64,000 nucleotides of DNA, taken from Chrysomallon squamiferum (Eukaryota > Animalia > Mollusca). Position numbers and translations under genes: made by a program. The stretch is from NCBI GenBank assembly GCA_012295275.1, contig CM022665.1, forward strand, positions 2,666,001-2,730,000, read 5' to 3'. Of this stretch, positions 1 through 15,000 are shown one piece after another. The notes under the pieces are model-generated. The model worked only from the letters and a program-made list of their open reading frames with translations. It did no database searches and was not told the origin of the DNA. Position 1 is the first letter of the stretch. The number at the start of each line of letters is the position of its first letter.

Positions 1-48
1 ATGTTCACACCACTCTGGAAGAGCACTGCTTGCCAAAACTAATGGGTC
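1..48 (-). CDS. HECTD1: HECTD1 exon 34 (truncated by window edge)
   Basis: [16 protein letters not shown] after a ttttcag acceptor. Confidence 0.9.
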
Positions 49-3000
49 CTGAAAACAAAAAAGTTGAGATGAAATACAGTTATATTTACTGTAAGTACTT
101 AACAAATTTTAATTAATGTCCTCAACCAATAAATAAAGAATAAAAAGCAAAAGAAAATATTTCAAACTAAAGAAGAAAAAATATTGATTAGAAAAATCAG
201 AAGCATTTAATAAAGCACTGTAATCAAGTAATATCATTTTCTTTAAAATAAGAAATAAAAAGTCATTTTAAATTAATATATACCTTATATATTAAGGTGA
301 GAAAACAACATTAAAGAACAAGGTGATGTTACAGGACATCTAATTTATATATTATAAAGTGTTGGAACATACCTGAATCTGCTGTAATAGTTTGTTAGTT
401 ATTTTCTTGCTGATGAACTCTTCAGATGGAATATTAAGCTGAATCTCTGTGCTGTCTGTAAATAAAACAATTACTGTCCATTATGTGCTAAATATCTTTT
501 TGTCATGATCCTCACTCAAAAAACCCTATAGAACATCAACAGCTATTTTTCCATCTTCAGTAACAAATACAATATCACTTACATACATCTGGCTTTGAAA
601 AAGAGAATATCTAACTAGTTCTTATAAGTAAATTTTAGTGATAATATATTATGGAGGGAGTTAAAAAAAGAAAAAAAAAAAAGGCCACTAGAGAATTTAT
701 ATTTAAAGTAAAAATGGATCATAGAATATTCACCATTATTAAACATTAATAATTATTAACTCTTATGGCACTATGTTTTTTTTTTTTTTTTTTTTTTATC
801 TTTACACCAGTGAAATCTTAATGCAGCTCATTTTTGTACCTAGTCTGTTTAAATTTTCTGTTCTTGTGAAAAATGTAATGAATAAAGTTACAAATGTGTA
901 TGATATTAGTGTGATGTTAGGTAGAGTTAAACAACAGTCATACAGTATTTGCCATTTTTAGACTTACCATTCCTCATATTTGTTGTTGTCTGCTCCAGAC
1001 TAATAGCGAACACCCGCTGTAGCAGTTGTAACACATTGTCAACAGTGCAGTTACCAGACTCACCACCAGACGGAAGTTCCCAGTCACCAAAAGTTGGTGT
1101 CAGACTTGCAGATTTTGAAGAAGGAATTGTGAGACTCTGAAAAGTAAAACAAAACAACAAGTCATTAGAAAATTAAACGGTTCAGATGGTTTTTTTCACA
1201 AAATGTGATTATAACTTGACAAAACACTGTCATAAACAAGTAAGACTTGTTATAGTCTGTAACTGTAACAGTGGGCAGCATTAATAATAACATTAACAAT
1301 GAATGTCTTTTAATTATTACATAAAAGGAATAAATGTTTTAATATGAACTCGATACTGAAATTAAAAACCAGCCGATTATAAAACGTGACATAAAATGAC
1401 AAACCTTGCTCATTTTACATTCAGATTCTTTTTCTTCATCCTCTTTTTGTTCTTTGTAAACAATACTGTAAATAATATAACAATAATTTAAAATTTACAT
1501 TTAATAATATAACTCATTACATAATTTTCCTAAAATTTATCAGTAATAAGTTTAGTAACATTTTATTAAAATGCAGATATTAACCAAAAAAAAAAAATAT
1601 ATATTTTTTTAAATAATAAAATAAAATAAAAAAGAAACAAAAATAATGTGCAAAAATGAGGAAATAAAATAAGGAAAACAGTGCAAGAAGAAGAAATAAA
1701 GACAAATAAGGACAAGAGTTACTTTCCTATTTAAAGTTAGTCAGCTGTGATTCATAGGCTCCATTTTCATTTAAACTTTTAAATAACTTAATGTTCAGTG
1801 ATTCATTGCATCTTTTGGAAATACTAACGCTGTTTAAACTTCAAACGTCTGAATTACACAATAGTGAAGTTAATACTAACATGTAGGTAGGTTCCCAGAT
1901 CCTGCGCATCCTCTCTGTCCGTCCTGCTGTACTTCCTAATGTCAGTAACTTCTGAACATACTTAAAAATACACACGTTTCCCTTGGTTAACTGAATCTCT
2001 TCATTTTTCATCTGAAATAATATAATGATTATCAGTAAACAGTGATATAAATATTTTAATTAAAATACATTACTGACAAGAGTGAAAATAAAAACTTTCT
2101 GTTTCAATAATTATAGGTATTTGTACGTTTCAAAAATAACATATTTCTGTTTGGATTTAAGGTCATGTATGAAGAAACGGTGTTTGAATACTTTTATTGC
2201 AGGAATGAAAATAACAATTAGATTCGTGAAACAGTGAATCTCACCCCAGGTAAACACGGTGCTCTCAAGAAGAGTGCTAGACGAGGAGGGGTGTCACTTT
2301 TAGTGGTTTCTGGTGTGTCCACCTCCTCTGTTCCAGGGGCAGGTATGTCAAAGTCCTGAGTCTGGTTCACATTACTGCGTCCGGGCCGTGGGTCGAATGC
2401 TGGTATCAGAGCTGAAAACTGTCGTTTTAGAACAAACTCATCATCCCACATCCGTCTGTCCCTTGTTCCCAGATCATCTTCCTCCTGAAAGAACATTTTC
2501 ACAAAACTGCTCTTATCAAAAATATTTTATTTATATCTAGTTTATATTCATAAAAAAAAATAAAATAAAATAAAATAAATAGAAGCATACTGTGTACAGA
2601 GAACAAGAAATCTGGATTTGTTAGTGTTATAGCAGTCAAACATTTATTATGTAAAATATAAATGACCTGAACTAATTGAGTAAGTCTGATTATGAAGACC
2701 TGAAAAGACTATAACACACAGCTGCTAATTCCATTCTGACAACAATGAAAAATCAGTTAAAAATAATCCCTCACTCACTTGCTCACTCGCACACACACAC
2801 GCACACACACACACCTTTGCAATTTCTTACAGATAGTCAACTTTACTAATTGGAATAAAAATGATGCATTAAAAGCAACAAAAAATCTCCACATAGTGAC
2901 AGTATTAATTACCATCACATCATCATAATCATCATCATCTTCATTTTCATCTTCGTTTTCATCATCATCATCTGGTTCTGGCAATTCGTCATCATCCTCA

Positions 3001-6000
3001 AGTTCTGCAAGCAGAGTTGAAGCGTGACATGTTTCTAGAAACTCATTATCACTCTCACTTGATGTTGATGTCAGACTACGAGTGAGAGCTTGACTCAGCA
3101 ATGTAACATTTGCCATTGTTTGTGTAGTAGTCAGAGTATTTGAAGTTTGAACATTGGAGGTTGTAAGACTAGGATAACTTTGTGCAGCACTTAACAGATT
3201 ATCTGAAAAAGGGATAAAAGAATGTATAGCAGACTGCAGCACCAATCAAAGCATTTTAAACTTTACTAGCCCAGAACAAATTTCATTTTTTTGTTTATCA
3301 GATTTACCATATTTTAATTTAAAAAAAAAAAAAAAATGCCATAATTTTAAATAATGAGGAACAAATCAACAAACAGAAGAATTAAAAACACAAATATGTT
3401 TTGACATGAAAAGAAACATCAAATTTAAATTTTCCCCATTTCAGAAGTTTCATGAAAATAAATTATCATAAAAATTAATCATCAAAAATCTTAATTTATG
3501 GTGTCACAATAAAAACGAAGAGGAATATTTACTTGGTGAGTGTGAGAGAGCAAGCCTAACAAGACTGCTTGCATTCGCATTTCTCACAATGTTACTTCTT
3601 CTTGCAAACGAGTCCAAAAGACTAACAGTCTGTTCCATGCTTGTTGGCAGGTTGGGAACACTAACACTCATCAAATTTGTTGGAGAACTGCGAGTAGCAT
3701 CTGCTTTCTTAGCTGCTTCATTCTTAGCTTGCTTTTCTCTATTGGCATTTGACAGCTGGGGTCTCTCTTTGACACCCCCCTCAGCACCACGGCTGGGCTC
3801 ATTCAACGGACCTTGGCAAGCTAGGTCAAGAAGATCACAGGTTGTATTTGCCAGGTCCTCATTACCACGATGAACAACTACTACAGGTTCATTGGAACTA
3901 GTGCCACCAGTGGATTCTTCAGCAGGATCAACTGTTACCATGACAATGGCTTCAGATGGCGACATGTTAGCCACTCTTTCTTCTTTGTCTGCATTCTGCC
4001 AAATAAAATTGTTTATATGTACAGATATATATGAAATGTAACTTGATATTAAGTATGAATGACAGTATATTTGTGTTTTGGGGGTTCTGGTGCCAGTTTA
4101 TGAACCAGCAATGAACTATTTATGGAATTCTTAAAAGCCAAAACATTGCTTTTGTTTACAAAAACCATCATTATCTAAACAGTGCCAGGTAATATCAAAA
4201 CTTATTATTATTCAACATATAAACTTTAAACAATTCCCGTTTGTAAGTTTGAGAAAAATCCTTTCAAACTGTCAAATATTAACAAACACAGAAATACATC
4301 CATAAACACCCAGAGAAAACATATAACTATTTATAAGTTATAGTAAAGAGATCCTGAATGAATTATTTCAGCAAAAATTTAGATTATTCAGAGTTAGGAA
4401 AGAGGTAACTTACTGCTCTAATACTGGAGGTAAGATTTTCAGCAGATGAAGCTTGTTCTGTGCTGGCAACAGAGGCCTTGGCCTCTGACACCTCACTAAG
4501 ACTGGGCGTAGAACTACTCTTTCTACTGGTCAACACACTTCCCTGCAACATATACTTAACACGTAATAACTTTTTCTTAAAAACAAATACGGTTTTTTTA
4601 GAGACTTGTTTTATCATTAGATATGTAACTTTAAACGTTATGTGTATTAACGTCTTCAAAAGCATTTTCAGATGACTTAAGTTAAATATTCAGGATGCAG
4701 GAAAGTGAAACACAAATTCTCATTTGATATGATATACAATTATGGTATCGTAAAAAATAACAATCATTTAAAGATGTTCTTTGTAAGAAAAAGCTGAGAA
4801 GTTCAAAATTTACCTTTACTTTATCAGAAAGTGATGTTGCCCCTACTTTATTCTTTGTGCTAGATGCAGCTCCAGAATCCAGTTTAGTGTAACGCAGTTT
4901 TTCTGGATCGTGTGAAGGAGCCAAAGCCAGGTCGAATTTGCCTTCTGCACCCATTCTGTAAGAGTTGGATCCACCACAATCCCACGTTACATCAACCCAA
5001 CCTAAAAATGCATTGTATAATGTTTCAGCATGCATTCTGGAAATGAACACTGATTGTTATTTCGTTAATTAAAGATTACATGGCATGGAACAAAAAAATT
5101 TATGTTACACAACTGGTTATGAAAAATAATTTAAATGGGATATAAAGAAGACACCCCAAAGATTATAAAAAAAAAAAAAAAAAAAACCCACCAAAAAGTG
5201 TTTTAAATCTGTACATTAAATAATCTTTTCAGCTCAGTTTAAAATCTTTAGCTGACATGTAACAGATGGAATAAAAAAAATATGGTCCACTTTGTAATGC
5301 AACACCAACCATTTCCTTCACTAATAATCAAAAGAGTATAGTAATGAAAATAAATGAAATAGCAGTTAGGCTGGATTGTTCATGGATACTACCATTGTGT
5401 AGCTCTCCAGTAACGGTGCCCTCACCAGCAGGATTACCATCTTGGTCACGCCACTTCCAGTCCATGCCGCGCACAACACGGGCGCCAGGAAGCATCTGCT
5501 TCAACACATGGGTGCGAAGTACACGACGTTGCCGTCGCATACTTGCCTCGGCTTCACGAGCTGCTTTACCTGTTGACAGAGACAGTTTATGAACAAATGC
5601 CTTTAAGTAACTCATACATTTTTTTATTTTCTTTAACAGACTAAAAAATATTGTACGTACTGAACATAAAAATGAAACCGTTAAGGGTCAAAAGTCAAGC
5701 AGCAAAATTTGGTTTTAAAAAGAGAAGATCAGTGTTTTAATTCATAGAAATGGAAGAAAATATTTTAAAAGCCCTATGAAGAATAAGAACTGGAGAGGTT
5801 ATTTCTTACCTATGTCATCACAGACTCCTGTGACGGTGCCATACATTTCGAAACCTGACAAAGACAGATAATGGGTTTGACCACTGGCATTTTTTCCAGC
5901 CTGCTGTATGCGAACATGACGCCAACCCTGAGTTTCATCCTTAGATGCCTCTATTGGCCAAGATGCAGTTGAGCTGAAAAATAATAAAAAAGGTTATTGA

Positions 6001-9000
6001 TCCTGAGATGTGTCTAGAATAAGAAATGAAACATGTACTTAAATAAAGAAAAAGCTTGCAAAGCTTTGTTATTTAAGAATAAAAATTATGGATTTTTAAG
6101 GAAAATCCTGAAATTGTTATTCTCACCCAATACTAGTAATAAATGTAGCAAAGTAAGTGATTTGATGATTTGTTTCTTAAAGTTTCACTGTATAATAACT
6201 TGTTATAATAATTATATATTTACCCTGGTTCATTTAAAGAACAATCATTTGAATGATGATATAAAGTCTGCCAAACCAATCCATCTTTAGACATTTGCAG
6301 ATTCCAGTTTCGTAAAGCAGATCTGTTAAAAAATAAAAGTAAAAATAAAAATAAAGTGCTGTAATTTTCCAGTAATAATGGGTAAAATCTATGAAATTTG
6401 TTTTTTTGGTTTAATGGAAAAATATATATTAGAAGAATCAATCAGTAATATTTAGCAATACTGCTAAAAAAAAGAAGAAATTTTTAATAGTAATAATAAA
6501 ATAATAATACAAGATGGTGTTTCTAAATAAAAAAAGTGAAAGCAAAATTTAATAACTAAACATTATCATTTGTTTTAGATAGATATTAAAACTCTTAACT
6601 GATCTTTTACAGCTTTTCTTTAAAATTTTCTAGAAAAAAGGTTAAAAAATAATAATAATGACTAAATAAAATTAAAATAATTAAATAATAAAGAGCATTT
6701 CCCCTTACTTTCCGTATCCCCGAGCATGACGAAGTGTGTAACATGAGGGAATTATCCACACACCAAGATCAATTGCAAACCATGATTTTCTGGAAGAAAC
6801 AACCCAATCATATGAATAAAAGTATATATACATAAAAGGCCTATGACAGTATGATATAATTAGTGGAAAGTCAAACTTTTATCATCACAAACAGATTCAA
6901 AAGCAATTTTTATAAATGAAACTATTATTTATATTTCATAAAGTTCTTTAAAATAAATCCTAAAAAAAACACAACATTATTTATAAAAAATAATAATAGC
7001 TCTTTTTAGAAAGCTGTAATAATAAAGAAATAAAATGAATATATCAATGAAAAAATAATGAAAAAAAACAACAAAAAAAAACAAACAGAAAGACAGACAC
7101 ATACTTGTCATCATTTGTGTGGCAGTTCAGTGCTGCGGAGTCTCGACTGAGAATGTCTTCCAACTTGCCATATGGTAAATTTCTCCCTTCAGATGACGTA
7201 ACCACAACCAAACCATACTGTGCAGGATTTATCCATTCATAAGACGTTCTGCAACAAATTCATTTTGAACTTAAAATGGTTTTATCTTTTAAATATTTAC
7301 TTATCATTCAATTTAATGTAACTGTAATTCCGTGATATTTGTTTCCCAAACATCACACAATCTGATCAATAAGGAATTCATACCTGGCATTTGTTCCAAT
7401 CCAGTAAATAAGGCCATTTTCATCGAAGTCATACTGATGTGTGAATGTCATCGAACCATTTGCTTCTTTTAGTTTCTTCAAGAAGGTGAATGATGATCTT
7501 TCATAGTCATACCACTGCTTTGCAACCTGTAAAATAAAATAATAAATTAAATTTTATTGCTGAAATATTTGTTAGTCATTTTTAAAAACTTAATTTATAA
7601 CCAGTGAAAAACATCTGCTATGATCAGTTATTGCCAGTGACGTAATAATTGGTATTTACATTATTCTGTGAACAGGTTAATAATGCTGAATGCAGGCAAT
7701 TCTTTTGAAAACTGTTTTTAACAGACATCAGTTTTCAGTCTGTGAGGCATATTTTATTTGTCTGTGTTCAAATGGTACTTCAAGTGATTAGAAAAAGGAA
7801 GAAAAAGTTACCAATATGACAGAGATGATCTGACAATCCCATCTGTTGAACATGTGAACAAAACTAACTCTGATGATGAAAAAGTACCTAGATCTGGCCC
7901 TTTTTGGACCAATTAATAATTAAATAATGAAGCTGGCTGCCTACTAAAGAGTAGGTGTATGCATTAACTTACCATTTTCAATAAATATCTTTCAAGATCA
8001 GCAACACTTGTTAAAGGCTCCATTTTCAAACTTCGGCCTGATCTGTCAATCAAGTGAGATTCTCCAGAATATCGTTCTAGTCGAAAACGTAATCTTCTTG
8101 TTAAGATCTTTGAAAAAAGAAAATAAAAGAATATTATAAAAGAATCTACAAAGAAGAAATCCAATTAAAATGATATACATTAAAATACGTTTCTGAATGT
8201 CTTTTTGCATAGTTTAGCTATTTATTAAAAGAAAGAAAACCAATCAATAATAACTGTTGGAAAAGGTTATTTTGCAAATATTAAAAGGAAATTAATTTTA
8301 TATGTTTTTTTTCTTTTTCTTTTAATTATTATTATTATTATTATTATAGCTATTTTAGAATTAGAAGAAAGATAAAGAAAAAGTAAAGATTTGTATTAAA
8401 GTTATGTATTTCACCTGCAAAGCATAGTTTGACCCTGGCAGATCATAAGTGTACACTGGCAAACGTTCTATAGACTCAAGAGCTGAAATCAGTTTTCTTG
8501 TAAGCTGTGTAGCTGGTGCAATACTGATAAAGAATCAAAAGAAAAAACAAGAAGATGCTGTAATTTAAATATTTCACAATTAATAATGTTTGTTTTTATC
8601 ATTAGTCACTTTCCTGGAAATTTCTATTAATTCAGGTGGATGGAAATTTCTTGTGGCTTGCAGATTTCTTCATGAATAAACTTAAATTGTTGATTATGCA
8701 ATGTTCATTGAATATACAGTATATCTACCTTTACCTGTGTGATTTGCAAAAAAGAGGGACAAAAGCTTTTGGTAAACTAATGGAATATATATATATATGA
8801 AGATGTTAACTGTACATTTATCAATAAATTCTCATTTGTGAAGATAGCTTAAACCTTTAATGATATCTTGTAACAAGTTTAGCAGAATTTTCACTGCAGA
8901 TATTTCTGAGTTAAGGCATTTCTAGACAGCAAAATTCTAATTTTGACCATGGTTATTTATTAATGTCAAACTCAAAGTGAATATAACAGAAAACTACAAG

Positions 9001-12000
9001 GAAGGCCGTAACAGAATTAATCTAATTAAGCTGTTGATAAGTCAAACAGTTGGATATATTTAATCAAAGAAGATAAAAACATTTTAAATAATTAAAGTTA
9101 TCAGAAATTATATGATCAGTAAAAATGTCAAATCAAAATCTAATAAGCATTAAACAAAAATATAAAAATATAAAACTTTAAAAAACCCACATTATTGAAA
9201 AAAATCCATCATTCTGAATTAAGAATAATAAGTAAAATCTTCAAATTTTAAAATCCTTATTTGGTAAAAAAAAAAAAAAGCAACAAAAAAAAGCATGAAA
9301 CTTTAATCCAGTTACTTTTTGTTATCTAAGCCAAAATAGGTAGAAACACAATTCATTTATTACGAAACAAATCTGAATATCAATCATATAGTAAAAAGAA
9401 AAAGTTAAGATAACTGAATTGCTCTTACCTATCATCAGAATGCCTTAAAAAATAAATCAAGTTGTACAATTAATAGAAGTCCATAACATGAAGATTTTTT
9501 ATAATGTATGTGACCCAGCATATCAAAAGCAGGAACAAGTAGAAAAATTACTGAGTTAAAGGTGCTGTATGATAAGTAATTTTATTGGCTTTACAACAGT
9601 ACCAAGCATAAATGTCTAGCAGTCTTGGTTGCCAAGTTATTATTTTTTAATGAGAAAATGTACGGAAAAAAAGAGAAAAAAACAGCTTTAAACTTTAATT
9701 AAGTATTTTCATACATTTTCAGTATAAAGGCATATGCTTGTGAGGTGAAATTTGTCACAATTTTAGACCACAGTTCATGCACAAAATGGTGAAATGTCAT
9801 GTTTACATTTTTAATAGTTTCAGATATGACTCTTTCTGAAGTTCTACACTAAATCAAAATATAACACTACTAAGTTCTCAGATACTGGCTGATTTACACA
9901 GCAGGTTCATTATCAAAACAAATGTTGCTCCATGTGACTCCACTGATCTCATTAAGCAAGCTAAGTGCTAGGTTGACATCAACATCACACTGCTGTGACA
10001 TTTCTATTCTTTTGGTCTGCCACTAAGAAGGTAAAATCTTTGAAACAGAAATGATGGTGTTGAAAACTTAATAATTATCATGATTTTGCTGCCATCAAAA
10101 TAATGATTTTCAGTGCATTGAATGTCAAACCAAAACAATAATGGTGCTGCTTGGGATCAAAGGTCATCTGCTACATGAGCCAATCAAGAGAGGCCTGTTA
10201 GATCATGTGATTACTTTTGACATAGACAACATGTTTTTGTTTACATTTTAGCCTCAGTGTTCATTAGTCTTGCTGTCTTTATATTGACATTGTCATACAT
10301 TGTTCATGGGAATACATCCCATTCTAGTCAAAACAATGCAAATATGTTGAGGTCAGGCAGATGTACTGAAGACATGAAGTATCTGAATTAAGCACATTAT
10401 TTTTAGTCACTGAAAGTTTACAGGGCTCTTCTAACTATTGTCTTTCTGTAAAGCTGTAACTCATTTTGTGATGTACAATGACATAATAATAATCTACAAT
10501 AACTAGGCTAATTAAATGTACCAGTGTCTGAAAATCAACTTTTACAACCAAAAACACCAGTTTGCACTTTTTGAAGCTGTTTCTGTAATCCCAACTTATT
10601 TCTGATTTTGATGTGTTCGGTCACATATGTATAATTTATATAAATATTATTGTGTTACTTATTTTACTTAAATAATTAATGTAACTTATTTACATATTTG
10701 TGTTTGCTTAGACATATTTCATTAGATGATAGGTGTTTTAAATTACTGAATTACTGTGAAATTAAAAACAAGCTGATTTTAAATTTTCACTGACTGAATT
10801 AACACTTAATTGTAATATTAAAATGATTAAATACTAACTTGTCTTTTTCAGTGAATATTGATTTGAAAATGTTGATTCGTTCTTTGGTTCTTTTCTTACT
10901 TTCCTTAGTGTAATCTTCAAAGTCCTAAAAAAACAAAAGAAATTTTAAATTTTTTTTTTTTTAAATTCTTTTTAAATTCAAAAGATTTTCCTAAAATCTT
11001 AAAAATCTGTTTATCTTACATGCTACACAGTTACACATAATATGACAATTTAATAAAATTATGTTATTTATAACTTTCCAAACAGAATGTGAATTCTTGT
11101 CAAGAAATGTCATTTTCTTTCAAAATTTAAATCTACTTTGGAAAAGACTTTAGAGAAAGCTATTTGTAAATCAGTTTTGATTTCAACTTACGTTTTTGAG
11201 CACGTTCAGCATTGTTTGTACGAGACCGCTACTGTAGAGCTCAAATGAAGATATTGTGTGTTCATCCTTTAGAAGTGACACCAGCTCTTCTAAAGCACTT
11301 CTCATTTCCTGATTCCAAGTAACTCCACCATCAGTGAACTGCATTTGTATATTATCAAATAATTACATTTAAAAATTATGTCACAATTACAGAAGAAATG
11401 CTGAACAGATTGTGAAACAAGAAAGTTATTAATTATTAAATCATCCTAAGTACAATTTGTATCAATGCTGAATTAACAAACCAAAAAACCAACAAAAAAA
11501 CCCAAACAGTCACAAACACAGCAAAGACGAACAGTTAGTTAAAATACTTCTGATGACACTTTAAACTAAACTGAACTAAATAATATTAATGTGAGATTAT
11601 AATTCAAAATGATTTTTAATATCTGCTGAAATTTGGGCTAACATTTTTTACCGTAACATTCACACTACAGTATTATCAGTTTCACATCCCACAAATCTTA
11701 TAAAATAAAGTGTTTTTTTACGTGATTTATCTGCTTAGCGCAAGCTGATTCAAGCTGCTGTACAATACTGCAAAGTTTGGCAACAACACCCCGTGGCGTA
11801 GCTTCTGCAACTTTGAAATACTGCTCATAGAGTTCACTAGCCAACGTTTTCACCTAGAATTAAATATAATAAAATTAAAATTAAATACATATGTTTAAAA
11901 TTGGAAGAAAAACACTTCTACGAAAACCTCACTAATTCTTCACAATAAAATATAATGCGAAAAATATGAAGTACATAATATAATTTAGTGTGTTTTAATA

Positions 12001-15000
12001 TTTATCAGTAAAGGTCTTTTTGAAACAATATATATATATTTTTTTTTGTAGAAGATTTTTTAATTAGAAGATTTCATTATGATCAACATTAATTGTTTAC
12101 AGCATTATTACTTTAAAAATGTAAAAGCCTTTTGTCATAAAAAAAAAAATTATTTTTAATAAACTGATACCTTGGTTCTTATTGCATCAACCTTTGATCT
12201 TAGCTTTCTGTTCTTTTTCCCTCCCCATCCTACTGCAAACTCTGGTCCTAGAGAGGTTTCTGCTGTAAAAGAGTGCTTTGTTCCCCGATTAGACTCGAAA
12301 ATGAATCCAGGAAGATCTTCTCGCAGAATAGTTGCCTAAAGGAAAAGTAAATAGTATGTGACTGTACATGAGAAAAACTGGAACACTGATTTCTAACAAT
12401 ATAACATTTTAACTCAACCTAAATATGTAGAAAAAGCTAAATAAAATGCCCAAAACAACCTACTTTAAAATATCTTTGTGTCTGCTTTTTATGCAGGTAC
12501 ATGGATGGTATTATTGTCAGTAATAGAATCTCTCTTTTGGGGGCATCATGGAAATCAAGTGATGAACACAGAGGTGACAGTACTATTTGATAATTTGTTA
12601 GAGGTCTTGAAAATCTGGCACACCAATTCATGATGCTTTATATTAGAATATTCTATGATCTACTGATAGAGATATCTATTCCTCCGTGATTTGGACTTAT
12701 CTCAAACATGGTCACATATTTTATTTAAACAGAACATAAAGTAAATTAAAAAAAACCTAGCAAAAGAAATGCTTATTTAAACTATATCTTATCCTATGCA
12801 TACCAACTTTACTTTGTATACTGTAAATATTCAAAATAAATAAAGTAAATAATTTTAATCACTCAAGTAAAATAGAATACCTGTTGTCCATCTGAGTTGT
12901 GTATCTGTATCTCAGAATCTTTGTGACATGTCAGAGTCCAGTTACCAACCACTAAACGAGTTTGACCGCGAGAAGATAAGATGGGCTGACTTGCTGTGCC
13001 TGGCTTTATTTGACTTTTCGCTCTCTGCAATTTCTCCAAAAACTCGCCCCGATTTTCTGAAAGTATAAATGGTAATGTAGAGAATAGCTTAAAATTAAAA
13101 AAAATTATTTATTTTAATATATACTTTTATTATATAAAAAAAATAGAATTAAAACAGCAGCAATTTACATTTACAATAATATAATAAATATTTATTTTGT
13201 CACTTTCGTTCAGTGCTGGTGTTCTTACTGCAAGTGCAACAGTTTTCAATTACCTGAATTATCTGATCCACCTTCAGGACTCCCACTTGAGTACATGGTA
13301 GCCAGCTTGCTGTCGAGGATGAATCTAAACCAACCATTGCTGCCATTAGACAGTTCTAAGGCGGCAGCATCACTCCACAGATATAAACAGTCTCTACCTC
13401 GAACAATGCACCAATCTTTCCAGTGGTAGGGTTTACCTTGAACAATTTCTTTGGCATCATCAATGACACATTCCTCATCTTCTTTGATGCTGAAATGCTG
13501 TTTAATCCAAAATTATTTTTAATGTTAGTTTTGAAAAAAAGTCTGTGCTGCACATATATGCAAAATATAGTATGACAAAGATGAAAATACTTTATATCAT
13601 AATCAGACTCAAAAGTTACACATTTTACTGTATCATTTTTTTTTATCTTCTATATTACAAATACTTGCTGACAAGTAGAACGTCCTGCCTGAAAGATTTA
13701 CTGAGAAATATTTTTGACACTTCTGGCAGTATTTTTTATAATAATTACTGCCTTCAAACATAAAAGCACTTGACTGTGTAAGAAGAAACTGAATAGTCTG
13801 AAATGTCTATTTAAAAAAAAGAAAATAAATATGATTTTTATTATACAAAACAACCCCCACCACAAAAAAATAAAATAAAAAAAATCCACAAATAAAATAA
13901 AATGATAAACAGCTGAAACCTTTTCATCTTTAGAATTTGATGTTGATTCTTCATCATCAGAGAGAGGTCCTGCAAGTGCCAGTACGTGACCAAACAATCC
14001 AAGCCGTGCAAAATGTTCTAAGAACACATCCTGATTCTTAAACATCAAATCCTGCATAATCTGTAGAACTGTATAATGACCTTCATCATCCTCCTGAAAA
14101 ACAATATAGTGTGTTTAAACAGATTTTTAAAATACACATTATTTCTTCTTTTGTCCACCATTAACTTGAAAAAAAAACCTCACAACTCTGAATTAGTGAA
14201 AACGTTTATGAATTACCTCAGCATCCAATACAGTAGACAAGACTTCTGTGAGTGAGGATGCAAAATTTGGTGAAACAAACTCAGGGCTGCACATTTCACC
14301 AAGAAGTGATGCTGAAATGTAGTGAATCATCTTCCGGATCAAAGACAGACTTGCTTTTCTATAAAAAAATAAAATAAAATAAGTATTAAAAGTATTCCTG
14401 TGTTAATTTTTAAATAGTGACAAGAACAAAAAATACTCAAACTCCACATACTTCACTAATAATTCAAATTAAAAATACTGGTACATATGGCAGTCTCTGT
14501 TATATATTACAATCTGGAAACAGTACATAAAACACACTCATTGTAAGATGGAAGAATAGATGATGCATTTAAGACATTACTTTGCTGCTCCACTGGAACA
14601 CATTAGAAATAAAATACAAAGATAGGTATAGTCTTAACTGGTTAGTCAAGGATGTAACAGCTATGAATTTTTACCTGACAGAGGCAAGCATGGAACTGTG
14701 AAAGACTTGAGTAAATACTGGAAGCAGACATCGGACATAGAGAGGTGATACTTCTGGATCACCCTTTGCTTCCACTGTGTCTGCCTTTTCTGCTTCATTA
14801 CTTTCTTCTTTCTTTTCTTTCTCAACCTCAGCTGTTGATGTACTAGGTGCCTGAGAACTACCAGCTGTATCTCTGTTTACTGGAACCATCCATTCACCTA
14901 AATTATAGTTTTAATATTAACACTTCAGATTAAATGAAGAATAATTTTTGTTTAACATTTAACTATTGTTTTTTTTCAATTATTAATCTACCAGCTTGCT

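Noticed and set aside
9880-10400. GC-richer stretch in the HECTD1 intron as an alternative exon or snoRNA
   Set aside because: I found no open frame bounded by splice sites and no properly spaced C/D or H/ACA boxes; probably an old TE remnant.
12161-12170. U12-type intron donor (GTATCAGTTT)
   Set aside because: Does not match the GTATCCTT U12 consensus; treated as a U2 GT-AG intron.
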